From Nitrospirota bacterium (lineage in GTDB: Bacteria > Nitrospirota > Nitrospiria > 2-01-FULL-66-17), in contig JBMOMC010000007.1 in assembly GCA_049325335.1 (NCBI GenBank), positions 362,398 through 426,397 on the forward strand: a stretch of DNA of 64,000 nt, in the 5' to 3' direction. The position numbers were made by a program, and so were the translations under genes. Shown here piece by piece: positions 38,720 through 48,603 of the stretch (within the stretch, counting starts at the first letter, position 1; every line of letters starts with the position of its first letter). The notes under the pieces were generated by a model. It was not told where the DNA came from and made no database searches. It saw only the letters and a program-made list of their open reading frames with translations.

Positions 38720-40375
38720 ATGACGTTGATTCGTACTCTAGCCCTCACGTCCTTTCTTATCGTCACTTTGACTCTCCCCGCGTCAGCCGCGCCGACCAAC
38801 GTGGCCGCACAGTCGCGCATCGACGCGGTCACGGTCTATCTCAACGCGGCGCGCGTGACCCGCGTGGCCAAGATCGACTTGCCGGCCGGCGACGTGCGCG
38901 TCACGCTGGAAGGGCTCACCGACCAGTTGCTCGACGACTCGCTGCGGGTCTCGGGCGCGGGCAGCGCCAAGGCTCAGGTGTTCGGCGCCGTGGTGGAACG
39001 CGTGCCGCACGTGGAAACCACCGCCAAGGACGTACGCGCGGCGGAGGACAACCTCCTGGCGCTCAAGGATCAGGAACGCGGGCTGGACGATCAGCTCAAA
39101 CAGGCCGCGAGCCGCCGCGAACTGCTCGACTCCATGCGCTCAACCTACGTGAAAGAACGCACCGAGAACCTCGCGGTCCGGCCCATGGACCCCAAGGAGT
39201 GGACCGGCTTCGTTGACTTTGTGGCCAAACAATATGACACGGTCCTGGAACAGATTCGAACGACCGAAGTCGCAAAACGCGATCTAGCCAAACAGATCCA
39301 CGCCGCGCAACAAGCCCTGGATCAGATCCGCGGGCGGGGCAGCCTGGTCACGAAGAACGTTGTCGTGGATCTCCACGCCAACCAACCCGGAGCGTTCGAA
39401 CTGGCCGTGAGCTACGTCGTCCCCTCGGCGTCGTGGAGCCCCATCTGGGACGCGCGCTTGGACGCCGACAACCAGACCATCGCGCTCTCGCTCTACGGGT
39501 CCGTGCGTCAGTTCTCGGGTGAAGACTGGACGAACGTCGCCCTCGCCCTGTCCACCGCGCAACCCTCGCGCGGCATCGAGGTCCCTGACCTGTTCCCACA
39601 ATACCTTGAACCCATCCGCCCCATGGCGCCCGCAGCACTGATGCCACGCGCGCTGTCCAAGGGTCGCGCAGATGAGATGAAAGCTGAAGAAGGCGTCATG
39701 ATGGCCTACGACGCGATGGCGCCGGCCGAGGCCGCGGTCACCCAGGGCCTACTCGCCGCGACATTCACAGCCCCCCGGCGCGAATCCATCGACAGCAGCG
39801 GCACGCCACGGCGCGCCTTTCTCTCGACATTCCCGCTCAAAGCCGAATTGACGCGCCTCGCCGCGCCCAAGCTCGACGAACAAGCCGTCCTCACCGCCAA
39901 AGCCACGAACGAGTCCGGCCCCGTCCTGCTCCCCGGCCCGGTCAACATCTTCCTGGGCGACGAACTCACCGGAAAGACATCGCTCCCCCTCACCGCGCCC
40001 GGCGACGAGATCAAACTCGCCTTCGGCCCCGACGACCGCGTGAAGATCGAGCGCAAAATCATCGAACGCAAACACGAAACCACCGGCGTCTTCTCCAAAG
40101 AAGACCTCTACCGTTACCGCATCCGCACCACCGTGAAGAACCTCTACCCCACGCCTGTCACGGTCACAATCCTCGACCAAGTCCCGGTCAGCCGCGACGA
40201 AACCATCAAAGTCAGCATCCTCGACAAGTCCACCAGTCCCACCGACCCCGAAGACCCGACCAAACCCGGCGTGCGCCGCTACACGTACACGCTGCAGCCC
40301 AAGGCGGAACAGGTGATTGACCTCGGCTACGAAGTGCGGTTTCCGAAGGGACAGATGATCGGGGGGCTGGAGTAG
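38720..40375 (+). CDS. DUF4140/DUF4139 (MuiA-like) secreted protein
   Basis: Signal peptide, IDAVTVY..AARVTR, coiled coil, ASWSP.WDAR, Q.SGEDW..V.L.LST, LLPG...IF. Confidence 0.88.
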   Translation: MTLIRTLALTSFLIVTLTLPASAAPTNVAAQSRIDAVTVYLNAARVTRVAKIDLPAGDVRVTLEGLTDQLLDDSLRVSGAGSAKAQVFGAVVERVPHVETTAKDVRAAEDNLLALKDQERGLDDQLKQAASRRELLDSMRSTYVKERTENLAVRPMDPKEWTGFVDFVAKQYDTVLEQIRTTEVAKRDLAKQIHAAQQALDQIRGRGSLVTKNVVVDLHANQPGAFELAVSYVVPSASWSPIWDARLDADNQTIALSLYGSVRQFSGEDWTNVALALSTAQPSRGIEVPDLFPQYLEPIRPMAPAALMPRALSKGRADEMKAEEGVMMAYDAMAPAEAAVTQGLLAATFTAPRRESIDSSGTPRRAFLSTFPLKAELTRLAAPKLDEQAVLTAKATNESGPVLLPGPVNIFLGDELTGKTSLPLTAPGDEIKLAFGPDDRVKIERKIIERKHETTGVFSKEDLYRYRIRTTVKNLYPTPVTVTILDQVPVSRDETIKVSILDKSTSPTDPEDPTKPGVRRYTYTLQPKAEQVIDLGYEVRFPKGQMIGGLE

Positions 40376-40416
40376 TCCCCGGCAAGTTCGTTCCAAACCA
40401 GGAGGCTGGAAGGCCG

Positions 40417-41334
40417 ATGCAAAAGATATGGATTCCAGGCGCCATGCCCGTCGAGTTCTTGCTGCTTCTCTCACTGGGATTTTTCGTCTTTGTGATCGCC
40501 AACCGGATACTCAGGCAGCATGGAATGGCGATCCCGACATTCTGGCAGGCGGTGCTGATTTGGCTGACAGCGTACATCACCTTAAAATGGGTGCTGTTCC
40601 CGCCGATTCCGTCTGCCCTCTTGAAGACATACATGGGGCTGATTACCTTCGTCGTCTTCCTCCTGGTTTCATCGGACGATGACTCGTGGGAAGAATGCAA
40701 GCAGCCGATCATCGGGATGCTGGCCGGCCTGACGCCCACCTATCGAATGGCGCGGGCCGTAACCTTCGTCGCATTGCCCGGCCTGGTGGCGTGGGGAACG
40801 TGGGATACGGTGCTGCCGAAGTTCCCGGAACCGATCGAGCTCAGAACGAGCTTTCCGGCACCGCCGGCGTCGGTAAACGTGCACGGTGAGACATACACTT
40901 TGCAGATGGCCAGAAATCCATTCCGGGTTGATCGCGAGGGAAACTATTCGGCCAGAATTCAGGAGCAACATCTCCATGACAATCCGTGGGCTGACAACGC
41001 GCCAGCGTACATGCAACACGTGCGTGACGGAGGGGCGATCTATTTCCAGAATTGTCTCTTCTGCCATGGAGCCAACCTTGACGGCCGAGGAATTTTCGCC
41101 TTTGCGTTTAACCCAATTCCAGCAAATTTCACGGACCCGGGGACAATCGCACAGCTCCAGGAGAGTTATAACTTCTGGCGCGTGGCCACGGGCGGGATGG
41201 GGCTGCCGCGGGAAGGATTTCCGTGGGCGTCGGTAATGCCGCCGTTTGAGCAGCATCTGAACTCGGACGAAATGTGGAAGGCGATCCTGTTCGAGTATTG
41301 GCATACGGGATTCTTCCCGAGAACCTGGGACTAG
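40417..41334 (+). CDS. Membrane-anchored monoheme cytochrome c
   Basis: 4 TM segments, PAPPAS, YFQNCLFCHG (CxxCH), P.PANF, FWRV..GG.GLP.EG.PW.S.MP. Confidence 0.88.
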   Translation: MQKIWIPGAMPVEFLLLLSLGFFVFVIANRILRQHGMAIPTFWQAVLIWLTAYITLKWVLFPPIPSALLKTYMGLITFVVFLLVSSDDDSWEECKQPIIGMLAGLTPTYRMARAVTFVALPGLVAWGTWDTVLPKFPEPIELRTSFPAPPASVNVHGETYTLQMARNPFRVDREGNYSARIQEQHLHDNPWADNAPAYMQHVRDGGAIYFQNCLFCHGANLDGRGIFAFAFNPIPANFTDPGTIAQLQESYNFWRVATGGMGLPREGFPWASVMPPFEQHLNSDEMWKAILFEYWHTGFFPRTWD

Positions 41335-41409
41335 AACACAGATGGAAGGTCGCATCTTCGAGCAACGACGACAGATTTGTCTTCCTCACTTCGCCCCCGG
41401 CAACCTACA

Positions 41410-41454
41410 TTGACATGCGATTCCATTCTCTGTACGATTTGTACTGTTTGTACA
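41410..41454 (+). promoter_or_regulatory. TA operon promoter with TGTAC repeats (Phd/YefM-type operator)
   Basis: TTGACA at 41410; TGTACgattTGTACtgttTGTACA overlapping the -10 region. Confidence 0.55.
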
Positions 41455-41469
41455 TAAGAGGCGCCTTCC

Positions 41470-41811
41470 ATGAAGATCCCCATCAGCGAAGCCCGGCAGA
41501 AGCTCCCGTTCCTCGTGAGACGGCTTCAGAAACACCCCGGCGACGCGTACGAGATCACCGTGCGGAACGAGGTCGTCGCCCGTCTGACGGCGGCGGTGGT
41601 CGTCGAGCCCGGCCTTGCGGCCACGTCCTTGCTGAAACTGGGGGACCATTGGGAAGACTCACCTGATGCGCTGCCCTTGCTCCATGGCACAGTCTCCGAG
41701 CACAAGAGCGCCTATCTGTATGGCGGGAGCGTGACGAAGAAAAAGATCGTCCCCAAACCCCGTGGCCGAAGGGACCCCCGTCACGCGCCCCCATCCAGAC
41801 GGACGCGGTGA
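41470..41811 (+). CDS. Phd/YefM-family antitoxin
   Basis: IPISEARQKLP.LV...ITVRNEVVARL. Confidence 0.8.
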   Translation: MKIPISEARQKLPFLVRRLQKHPGDAYEITVRNEVVARLTAAVVVEPGLAATSLLKLGDHWEDSPDALPLLHGTVSEHKSAYLYGGSVTKKKIVPKPRGRRDPRHAPPSRRTR

Positions 41812-42239
41812 GACCCGTTCCGCCTCAGGTCTTCTGCGACACGTCGTTTTTCTATGCCTGCCTCGATGCCCGCGACGCTCACTACGCGGATGCCCGTCTG
41901 CTCTTGGCCTTCTGCGCCGAGCGCCGCGTGGCCTTTCTGACCACGTGGGAGGTGCTCGTTGAAACCGTGACGTTGCTCCGGATTCGTCGCGGCTACCGGC
42001 TCGCCGTCGCGTTCCTGGACACGATCGTGCCCACGCTCCGGATCGTCGAGCATGCTCACCATATCCGCGAAGCCGCGCTGAGCGCGTTCCGGCGATTGAG
42101 TCGTGACAAGGCGCTCTCCGTCTGCGATGCGCTCTCCTACGTGCTGGTGACCGAGTTGCTCGACGACATCCCGTGCCTCGCGTTCGACGCCGACTTCCGC
42201 AGCTTGGGGCTGACCGTGCTCTCCCGCCCGCCGCTCTGA
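41808..42239 (+). CDS. vapC: PIN-domain VapC toxin
   Basis: FCDTSFF, VLVET, LSVCDALS, AFDADF acidic PIN motifs; GTGA overlap. Confidence 0.88.
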   Translation: MRPVPPQVFCDTSFFYACLDARDAHYADARLLLAFCAERRVAFLTTWEVLVETVTLLRIRRGYRLAVAFLDTIVPTLRIVEHAHHIREAALSAFRRLSRDKALSVCDALSYVLVTELLDDIPCLAFDADFRSLGLTVLSRPPL

Positions 42240-42357
42240 TCGGAGTATTGCGCTCCAACCGACACGCTACACGGCGTTATCCATTTCATCAACTCATTGA
42301 CGAACGTTGCGTCCTTTTCAGGGTCGCTCCGTCTATAGGGGTGAAAGGAGACATCCC

Positions 42358-43209
42358 ATGACAGAACGCACACATGACAAGGTTCGGGAGTTGGTGCGGG
42401 AGAACTACGGCCAGGTGGCCAAGTCTGGAGGCGCGGGGTGCGGCTGCGCGCCCGCGTGTTGCAGCCCGGACAATCCTGCGCCGGCGGAGGACGCGTCCCT
42501 GGCCCTGGGCTACTCGCGGGAGGACGTGACCTCGGTACCAGAGGGCGCGAATATGGGCCTGGGGTGCGGCAATCCCCAGGCGATCGCCTCGCTGCTACCC
42601 GGGGAAACCGTGTTGGACCTGGGCAGCGGCGGTGGATTTGATTGCTTGCTGGCGGCACGCACTGTGGGACCGCAAGGACACGTGATCGGCGTGGACATGA
42701 CGCCGGAGATGGTGGCTAAGGCTCGCCGCAACGCGGAGAAGGCGGGACTGAGACACGCGGAGTTTCGTCTGGGGGAGATCGAGCACCTACCGGTCGCCGA
42801 TTGCACCATCGATGTGATCATGTCTAATTGCGTGATCAACCTGTCGCCGGAGAAGGAGCAGGTCTACCGTGAGGCGTGGCGGGTTCTCAGGCCCGGTGGG
42901 CGGCTGGCCATTTCGGACATTGTCGCCACCCTCGAGTTGCCCGATGAGGTGAAGAACGATCCGACCCTGTATGCCGGTTGTATGGCCGGGGCGTCGGTGA
43001 TCGACGAGATCGAATCCGTATTCGCGCGGATTGGGTTCCAGGCCATTCGGATTACGCCCAAGGACGGGAGCCAGGCGCTCATTCGCGAGTGGACGCCGGA
43101 CCGGAATATTGCGGACTTCCTGGTCTCGGCCACGATTGAGGCGGTTAAACCCTCGGCAGGCCCAACCGTCAACGGCTCCACAATCCGACGACCAGATCCC
43201 GTGGCTTGA
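42358..43209 (+). CDS. arsM: Arsenite S-adenosylmethionine methyltransferase
   Basis: N-terminal CGC..ACC, GLGCGNP, LDLGSGGGFD, SNCVINL, GCMAGA. Confidence 0.9.
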   Translation: MTERTHDKVRELVRENYGQVAKSGGAGCGCAPACCSPDNPAPAEDASLALGYSREDVTSVPEGANMGLGCGNPQAIASLLPGETVLDLGSGGGFDCLLAARTVGPQGHVIGVDMTPEMVAKARRNAEKAGLRHAEFRLGEIEHLPVADCTIDVIMSNCVINLSPEKEQVYREAWRVLRPGGRLAISDIVATLELPDEVKNDPTLYAGCMAGASVIDEIESVFARIGFQAIRITPKDGSQALIREWTPDRNIADFLVSATIEAVKPSAGPTVNGSTIRRPDPVA

Positions 43210-43280
43210 CTTCATCCCCTAGGCTGCCGCAAAGTGAAGATCTCACTCCCCTGTCCAGGGGCTTTTGAAAGGAGATCACG

Positions 43281-43916
43281 ATGGCGATCCGACTTGGAGA
43301 CGTGGTACCGGATTTTACCGCGGAGTCCACCCAAGGGACCATTAAGTTTCACGAATGGCTCGGCAACGGCTGGGCGATCCTGTTCTCCCACCCCAAGGAC
43401 TTCACCCCGGTCTGTACGACTGAGCTGGGCGCGGTGGCGAAACTCAAAGATAAGTTCGCCCAACGAGGCGTGAAGGTAGTCGCGTTGAGCGTGGACAGTA
43501 CCGACGATCATAAAAAGTGGATCTACGACATCAACGAAACCCAAAACTGCGTGGTGGACTATCCCATTATCAGCGACGTGGATCGCCGGGTCGCCACGAT
43601 GTACGACATGATCCACCCCAATGCGCTGGATAACCTCACCGTACGATCGGTCTTTATCATCGGGCCGGACAAGAAGCTGAAACTGACGTTGACCTACCCG
43701 GCGTCAACCGGGCGCAATTTTGACGAGATCTTGCGCGTGGTCGAGTCGCTGCAGCTCACCGCCAAATACAGCGTGGCCACGCCCGCGGACTGGAAACCCG
43801 GGCAAGATTGCATTATTTCGCCGTCGGTGCCGGATGCCGACGTGGCGGCCAAATTCCCCAAAGGCTCCCGCACCATCAAGCCGTATCTGCGCACCACCCC
43901 GCAGCCGAATTTGTAA
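43281..43916 (+). CDS. 1-Cys peroxiredoxin (Prx6)
   Basis: FSHPKDFTPVCTTE, YPASTGRNFDE, ATPADW. Confidence 0.95.
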   Translation: MAIRLGDVVPDFTAESTQGTIKFHEWLGNGWAILFSHPKDFTPVCTTELGAVAKLKDKFAQRGVKVVALSVDSTDDHKKWIYDINETQNCVVDYPIISDVDRRVATMYDMIHPNALDNLTVRSVFIIGPDKKLKLTLTYPASTGRNFDEILRVVESLQLTAKYSVATPADWKPGQDCIISPSVPDADVAAKFPKGSRTIKPYLRTTPQPNL

Positions 43917-43920
43917 GCAT

Positions 43921-43952
43921 CCGGCGGGGCGTTCGCCTGGACGCCCCGCCGG
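43921..43952 (+). terminator. GC-rich hairpin after the peroxiredoxin gene
   Basis: CCGGCGGGGCGT...ACGCCCCGCCGG, weak U tract. Confidence 0.55.
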
Positions 43953-44130
43953 TTACCACAACACGGCTGAATGATCAGGATTCGGCAATCCGCGAGACAT
44001 GTGGCCGCGTCATCCCGCTGCTAAATATTCGGCCACGCGTTCGCTAAACATTCTGGTGTCGAGTGGGCTGTTCGCAGTTTCTAAGCAAGGATCTCGAACC
44101 GCGCTGAGCGCGGAGACCCCGTGTCTAGAA

Positions 44131-44172
44131 ACCCGAATGGCCCCGGTTCTAGTTGTCCGGGGCCATTCGGGT
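44131..44172 (-). terminator. Terminator-like hairpin after the PEP-CTERM gene
   Basis: ACCCGAATGGCCCCGG-N10-CCGGGGCCATTCGGGT, short T run on the minus strand. Confidence 0.65.
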
Positions 44173-44194
44173 CGGCTTACACGATCGACGCGAC

Positions 44195-45067
44195 TTACTT
44201 ACGGCGGAGTTTACGAAACAACGGGATCCCCATCAGACCTGAACCGAGCAGCAGCAGCGTGCCGGGTTCAGGAACCCGCTGCGGCGGAGCCGAGGTAACG
44301 CCGACATAATCCACTTCGAGCCGCGTTCCGCCGGGATTGGTGGTGTCGGCAATCCTGAAGTATCCCCCGGTCGCAGCCCCATCAAAGACAAACCAGAACG
44401 CCTGGTCAATCCCCGGCGCGTAGTCGTCGGTCCCAAACTCCGTGGGATCGCTCGTGAGCGTGGACAGCGTGGACGACGTGAGGCCGTTAAACAATAAATC
44501 GTACGATGAACAGGTCAGGTTGTAGCAATACCGAAGGGAAAACGGATCGAGTCCCGCGTCTTCAAAAAGAATCAGACCAGGCACCGCGACACTGGTCGAG
44601 AACGTACGCAACGTGACCGTGGAGCCTCTCGAAAAATCAACGTTCATCGCGGCATCGGGGGTGCCATCGTTGACCACCCCGGCGTCATCGACGCGCCGAA
44701 TCTCGTAATTCACGCGGTTCGCCATGGACCCGGAAAAACTTTCACCCGCGTTGATGGTGCCGGTGTGAGACTGATAGTACATGCGATCCGTGATGTCCAC
44801 CGCGGTTGAGCCGACCAACTCGGTGGCCGAGGCGGCAACCCCCGACGAGTTTAAGTTCAGTCGGTACCCGGACGTGGCATTCAGGGTGAACGGAGCAGCG
44901 GCCGTACCGGTCGGCGCGGACCAGCCTGAAAACACATATGCTTCGGTCACGGACAATGCCCAGGCCGATGAGGTCGGCACCGTGCTCATCATCAGCGCGG
45001 CGGCTCCGGCCAAGGCCATAACTTTCACGCCCATTCTTCGTCCGGCCGTCAGTTTCCTCAAATCCAT
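44195..45067 (-). CDS. PEP-CTERM sorting domain surface protein
   Basis: Signal peptide, Ser/Thr-rich body, VPEPGTLLLLGSGLMGIPLFRKLRRK tail. Confidence 0.93.
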   Translation of the reverse strand: MDLRKLTAGRRMGVKVMALAGAAALMMSTVPTSSAWALSVTEAYVFSGWSAPTGTAAAPFTLNATSGYRLNLNSSGVAASATELVGSTAVDITDRMYYQSHTGTINAGESFSGSMANRVNYEIRRVDDAGVVNDGTPDAAMNVDFSRGSTVTLRTFSTSVAVPGLILFEDAGLDPFSLRYCYNLTCSSYDLLFNGLTSSTLSTLTSDPTEFGTDDYAPGIDQAFWFVFDGAATGGYFRIADTTNPGGTRLEVDYVGVTSAPPQRVPEPGTLLLLGSGLMGIPLFRKLRRK

Positions 45068-45114
45068 GATTCTTTACCCCCCAAGAACTACAGGTTGATC
45101 GGATTGAGAGATAA

Positions 45115-45277
45115 AGCAACAACCATGCCCTACAAGCGTCCAGTGCTTTCCTGACGAATGCAGAAGAATTAACACATTGATTATTTTAAAAACTAACAAG
45201 ACATCGTTCCAAATCTCTCAGAAGAATTACTGTTCGGATGTGGTTGACGAAACGTCAACCTGTAAATATTTCTGACG
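45115..45277 (-). promoter_or_regulatory. Sigma54 promoter + IHF site + upstream enhancer for the PEP-CTERM gene
   Basis: GGGCATGGTTGTTGCT (-24/-12, 45115-30); AATCAATGTGTTA (IHF consensus, 45170-82); TGTAAA-N5-CTGACG (45261-77). Confidence 0.75.
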
Positions 45278-45449
45278 ATCCGATCCGATGCATGGGGTCT
45301 TATAGAATCCAACCAGTTGAATACACTACAAAAGTAGACTGAACTATCTTTGAGAAATTTCCCGATTCTACCGGAAACATCGCTGGCGGGTGATAACACG
45401 AGAGACCCGCGGCCTTATCGCCGTTGGCCGGGACCGTTGGACCGGACGG

Positions 45450-46478
45450 TTAGGACGCCTGATTAATCAAGGTTTCCGCGATCTGGACCGCGTTGAGGGC
45501 CGCGCCTTTTCGGAGATTGTCGGAAACGACCCAGAGATTGAGGCCATGGGAAACGGAGAGGTCTTCGCGAATCCGGCCCACGTACACCTCGTCTTTTCCT
45601 GATGCATCCAGCGGCATGGGATAGAGTTTGCGCGCCGGATCGTCAAACACCATGACCCCCGGCATCTGGCCCAGCAACGCCCGGGCGTCATTGGGCTTCA
45701 GCGGCCGCGACAGTTCAACATTGACGGCTTCGGAATGGCATCGCATCACGGGCACGCGCACCGTGGTGGCGGTGATCCGCATGGCGGGTTCATCCAGGAT
45801 CTTTTGCGTCTCGCGCACGATTTTGACTTCCTCGGAGCACTCGCCCCCGTCCCCGAACGAGCCGATCTGGGGCAACAGGTTGAACGCGATCTGGTACGGG
45901 TAGACCTCAGCTTTGACCTCTTGAAACGACAGGAGCGCCTGGGTCTGCTGGGCGAGTTCCTCCATGGCCGCGGCCCCGGTTCCGGATACGGATTGAAACG
46001 TGGTCACCACGACGCGTTTGATGGTCGCGGCGTCGTGAAGAGGCTTGAGCGCCATGACGAGCGGTGTGGTCGTGCAGTTCGGAATCGCGACCATGCCTCG
46101 CGACATCGCCCGCAGGGCTCGGGCGTTGACTTCAGGCACCACCAGCGGCACCGCGGGATCCATGCGGTACACGGCGCTGTCGTCGATCGCCACCACGCCG
46201 GCCGCACCCAATCGAGGCGCCCACTCGCGGCTGATCGCGTCCGTGGCGGATATAAAGGCAAAATCCACCCCGGTAAAATCGCTCGCCGGGGTCAACTCCT
46301 CCACGGTCCAGTGACGGCCCTGACAACGGAGGCTCTCACCGGCCGAACGTTTGGACGCGAACAGCCTTAGGTTGCTGAGCGGGAACTTCCGCTCTTCAAG
46401 AATATCGAGGCTTTCCTTCCCAACCGCGCCGGTGGCGCCGATCACGGCCACGGCGTACTTCGATTTTTTCGCAATCAT
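45450..46478 (-). CDS. asd: Aspartate-semialdehyde dehydrogenase
   Basis: GATGAVG, VPEVN, PNCTT, QSVSGTG, VRVPV..CHSE, DNLRKGAALN. Confidence 0.95.
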   Translation of the reverse strand: MIAKKSKYAVAVIGATGAVGKESLDILEERKFPLSNLRLFASKRSAGESLRCQGRHWTVEELTPASDFTGVDFAFISATDAISREWAPRLGAAGVVAIDDSAVYRMDPAVPLVVPEVNARALRAMSRGMVAIPNCTTTPLVMALKPLHDAATIKRVVVTTFQSVSGTGAAAMEELAQQTQALLSFQEVKAEVYPYQIAFNLLPQIGSFGDGGECSEEVKIVRETQKILDEPAMRITATTVRVPVMRCHSEAVNVELSRPLKPNDARALLGQMPGVMVFDDPARKLYPMPLDASGKDEVYVGRIREDLSVSHGLNLWVVSDNLRKGAALNAVQIAETLINQAS

Positions 46479-46550
46479 GGTTCCCGTCCGACCAGAACAA
46501 CGCGGGGGCGCAGGCGCGCCCCCGCTCATCAACTCCCGCGCGATGCCGCG

Positions 46551-46973
46551 TTACTTGGCTCCCGACGTTGAAAACGGCAGCCGGTAGGGCGCGGTCTGTA
46601 ATTCCGATCCGTCCTTGGCTGTCGCCGACCACACCGTCACTTGATACACGGAATCGGGTTTGAGGGTCCCGTCCGGTCGAAAGTGCAGCGTCGACGGCGT
46701 GACCCAGGTGTAGGTGCCGTTGAACTCGATCGGCTCGCCGTTGGCGTCCGTGGCCCCGCGCTGATCCATCGTGACGTCGTCTTGCGTCGCGGGATCCATC
46801 GGCCGATCGAATGTGATCTCGACCACCAATCCGCTGAGCGACGGGATCGTCTTGCCGTACTCCGGGGAGGTTTTCACGATTTGCACGCCCTCGGGTTCGG
46901 CCGCGGACGCGGACCACCCCACCGCCGCGATTGCCACCGCCACCCCGCCAACCACCGCCAACATTCGTTTCAT
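46551..46973 (-). CDS. Secreted single Ig-like (Big_5/CopC-like fold) protein
   Basis: Signal peptide; TSPE.G, ITFDRPMD, L.F.P...L.P...Y.V, FST. Confidence 0.75.
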   Translation of the reverse strand: MKRMLAVVGGVAVAIAAVGWSASAAEPEGVQIVKTSPEYGKTIPSLSGLVVEITFDRPMDPATQDDVTMDQRGATDANGEPIEFNGTYTWVTPSTLHFRPDGTLKPDSVYQVTVWSATAKDGSELQTAPYRLPFSTSGAK

Positions 46974-47002
46974 CCCTGATCCTCCTCGTGACACGTGAGT
47001 GT

Positions 47003-48076
47003 TCAAGTGATCGCGTCCGCGATCAGCCCGCCCATTTCTCGCGTCCCGGTCTTGGTCATCCCCGGCTGCATGATATCGGCCGTGCGGCACCCTCGCTCCA
47101 AGACGGATGACACCGCCCGTTCAATAGCGGCGGCGTCGTCTTCGAGGTCGAACGAGTGCCGGAGCATCATCGCCGCCGACAGGATCGTGGCGATCGGATT
47201 GGCCACGTCCTTCCCGGCGATATCCGGCGCGCTCCCGTGGATGGGCTCGTACAACCCGACCCGTCCCCCAAGGCTCGCCGACGGCAGCATCCCGATCGAC
47301 CCCGTCAACATGGACGCTTCGTCGCTTAAGATATCACCGAACAGGTTCGTCGTCACGATCACATCGAACTGTTTGGGCCACCGGATCAACTGCATCGCGC
47401 AGTTATCCACGTACATATGTTTGAGTTCGACGTCCCGAAAATCGGCATGGACCTTGGTCACGACTTTGCGCCATAACTCGGTGGTCTCCAGCACATTGGC
47501 CTTATCCACGCTGGTGACCAGGCGGCGACGTTTGCGCGCCAGGCCGAACGCCACCCGCGCGATGCGCTCGATCTCCGGCGTGGTGTACACCTCGGTGTTG
47601 ATGCCTCGTTCTCCGCCTTCGTACGGGGTGACGCCGCGCGGCTTGCCGAAGTAGATCCCGCCGGTCAGTTCGCGGACCACCAGAATGTCGATCCCGTCGA
47701 TCACCTCTCGCTTGAGGGTGGAGGAATCGGCCAGCATGGGAAACACCGCGGCGGGCCTGAGATTGGCGAAGGTCCCGAGTTGCTCGCGCAACCCCAGCAA
47801 TGCCCGCTCCGGCCGAATCGCGTAATCGAGCCCTTCCCATTTGGGTCCGCCCACCGCGCCCAGCAGCACCGCGTCCGCGTCCAGCGCGGCCTTGAGGGTC
47901 TCGTCGGGCAGCGGCACGCCGAACCGGTCGATCGCGGCCCCGCCCACCACGGCCTCGCGGAATTCAAATCTCCGCCCCCGCCGCTTGGCCACGGCCTCGA
48001 GCACGCGGACCGCTTCCGGCACGATCTCGCGTCCCACGCCGTCTCCGGGCAACAACGTGATGCGATAGGTCGTCAT
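47003..48076 (-). CDS. leuB: 3-isopropylmalate dehydrogenase
   Basis: [45 protein letters not shown]. Confidence 0.96.
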   Translation of the reverse strand: MTTYRITLLPGDGVGREIVPEAVRVLEAVAKRRGRRFEFREAVVGGAAIDRFGVPLPDETLKAALDADAVLLGAVGGPKWEGLDYAIRPERALLGLREQLGTFANLRPAAVFPMLADSSTLKREVIDGIDILVVRELTGGIYFGKPRGVTPYEGGERGINTEVYTTPEIERIARVAFGLARKRRRLVTSVDKANVLETTELWRKVVTKVHADFRDVELKHMYVDNCAMQLIRWPKQFDVIVTTNLFGDILSDEASMLTGSIGMLPSASLGGRVGLYEPIHGSAPDIAGKDVANPIATILSAAMMLRHSFDLEDDAAAIERAVSSVLERGCRTADIMQPGMTKTGTREMGGLIADAIT

Positions 48077-48591
48077 ACCGGCACGCTCCGATCAGGCGAT
48101 CGGCCATCGTGCAGCGATGACGCGCCCGCGGGGAGCGGATCGCGTGTGTCCGTCGAACCTGGCCGCGGCAAGGCCTCGCCCACGAACCGAAAGCCGAGTC
48201 TGCCTCCGGACCGTCCCAATGCCTGCATGAAATACATGGTCATGAGAAAAATCGCGACATTGATGACCGTCACGAACATCGGCGTCTCAAACCCTTCCAG
48301 ACGAAACCCCACGGGAAACGCGCCCGCGTCCGCCCACGTCCATCCCACCACGCCGAGATACGTGACGCCCACTCCCCGCCCTCCCCAGGCTCCCGCCCGA
48401 GTCCCACCCCACACCCCGATGGCAAGACCGAGCAACACCGGACACAACAACGTGAACGCCAACATGGTCAACCGCAACCACTCGAACGACAGATCCAGGT
48501 GCGCAAGCCGTCTGGCCGACACCGCCATCGCGAGCAACCCCGCGACCGCGACCGCGCAGAACACCCCTTTACGGAATGACGGGCCCATCAC
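48073..48591 (-). CDS. Hypothetical multi-pass membrane protein
   Basis: Four hydrophobic segments; fills the leuA-leuB gap with an ATGA overlap. Confidence 0.6.
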   Translation of the reverse strand: MMGPSFRKGVFCAVAVAGLLAMAVSARRLAHLDLSFEWLRLTMLAFTLLCPVLLGLAIGVWGGTRAGAWGGRGVGVTYLGVVGWTWADAGAFPVGFRLEGFETPMFVTVINVAIFLMTMYFMQALGRSGGRLGFRFVGEALPRPGSTDTRDPLPAGASSLHDGRSPDRSVPV

Positions 48592-48603
48592 CGCGAGACC
48601 GGG

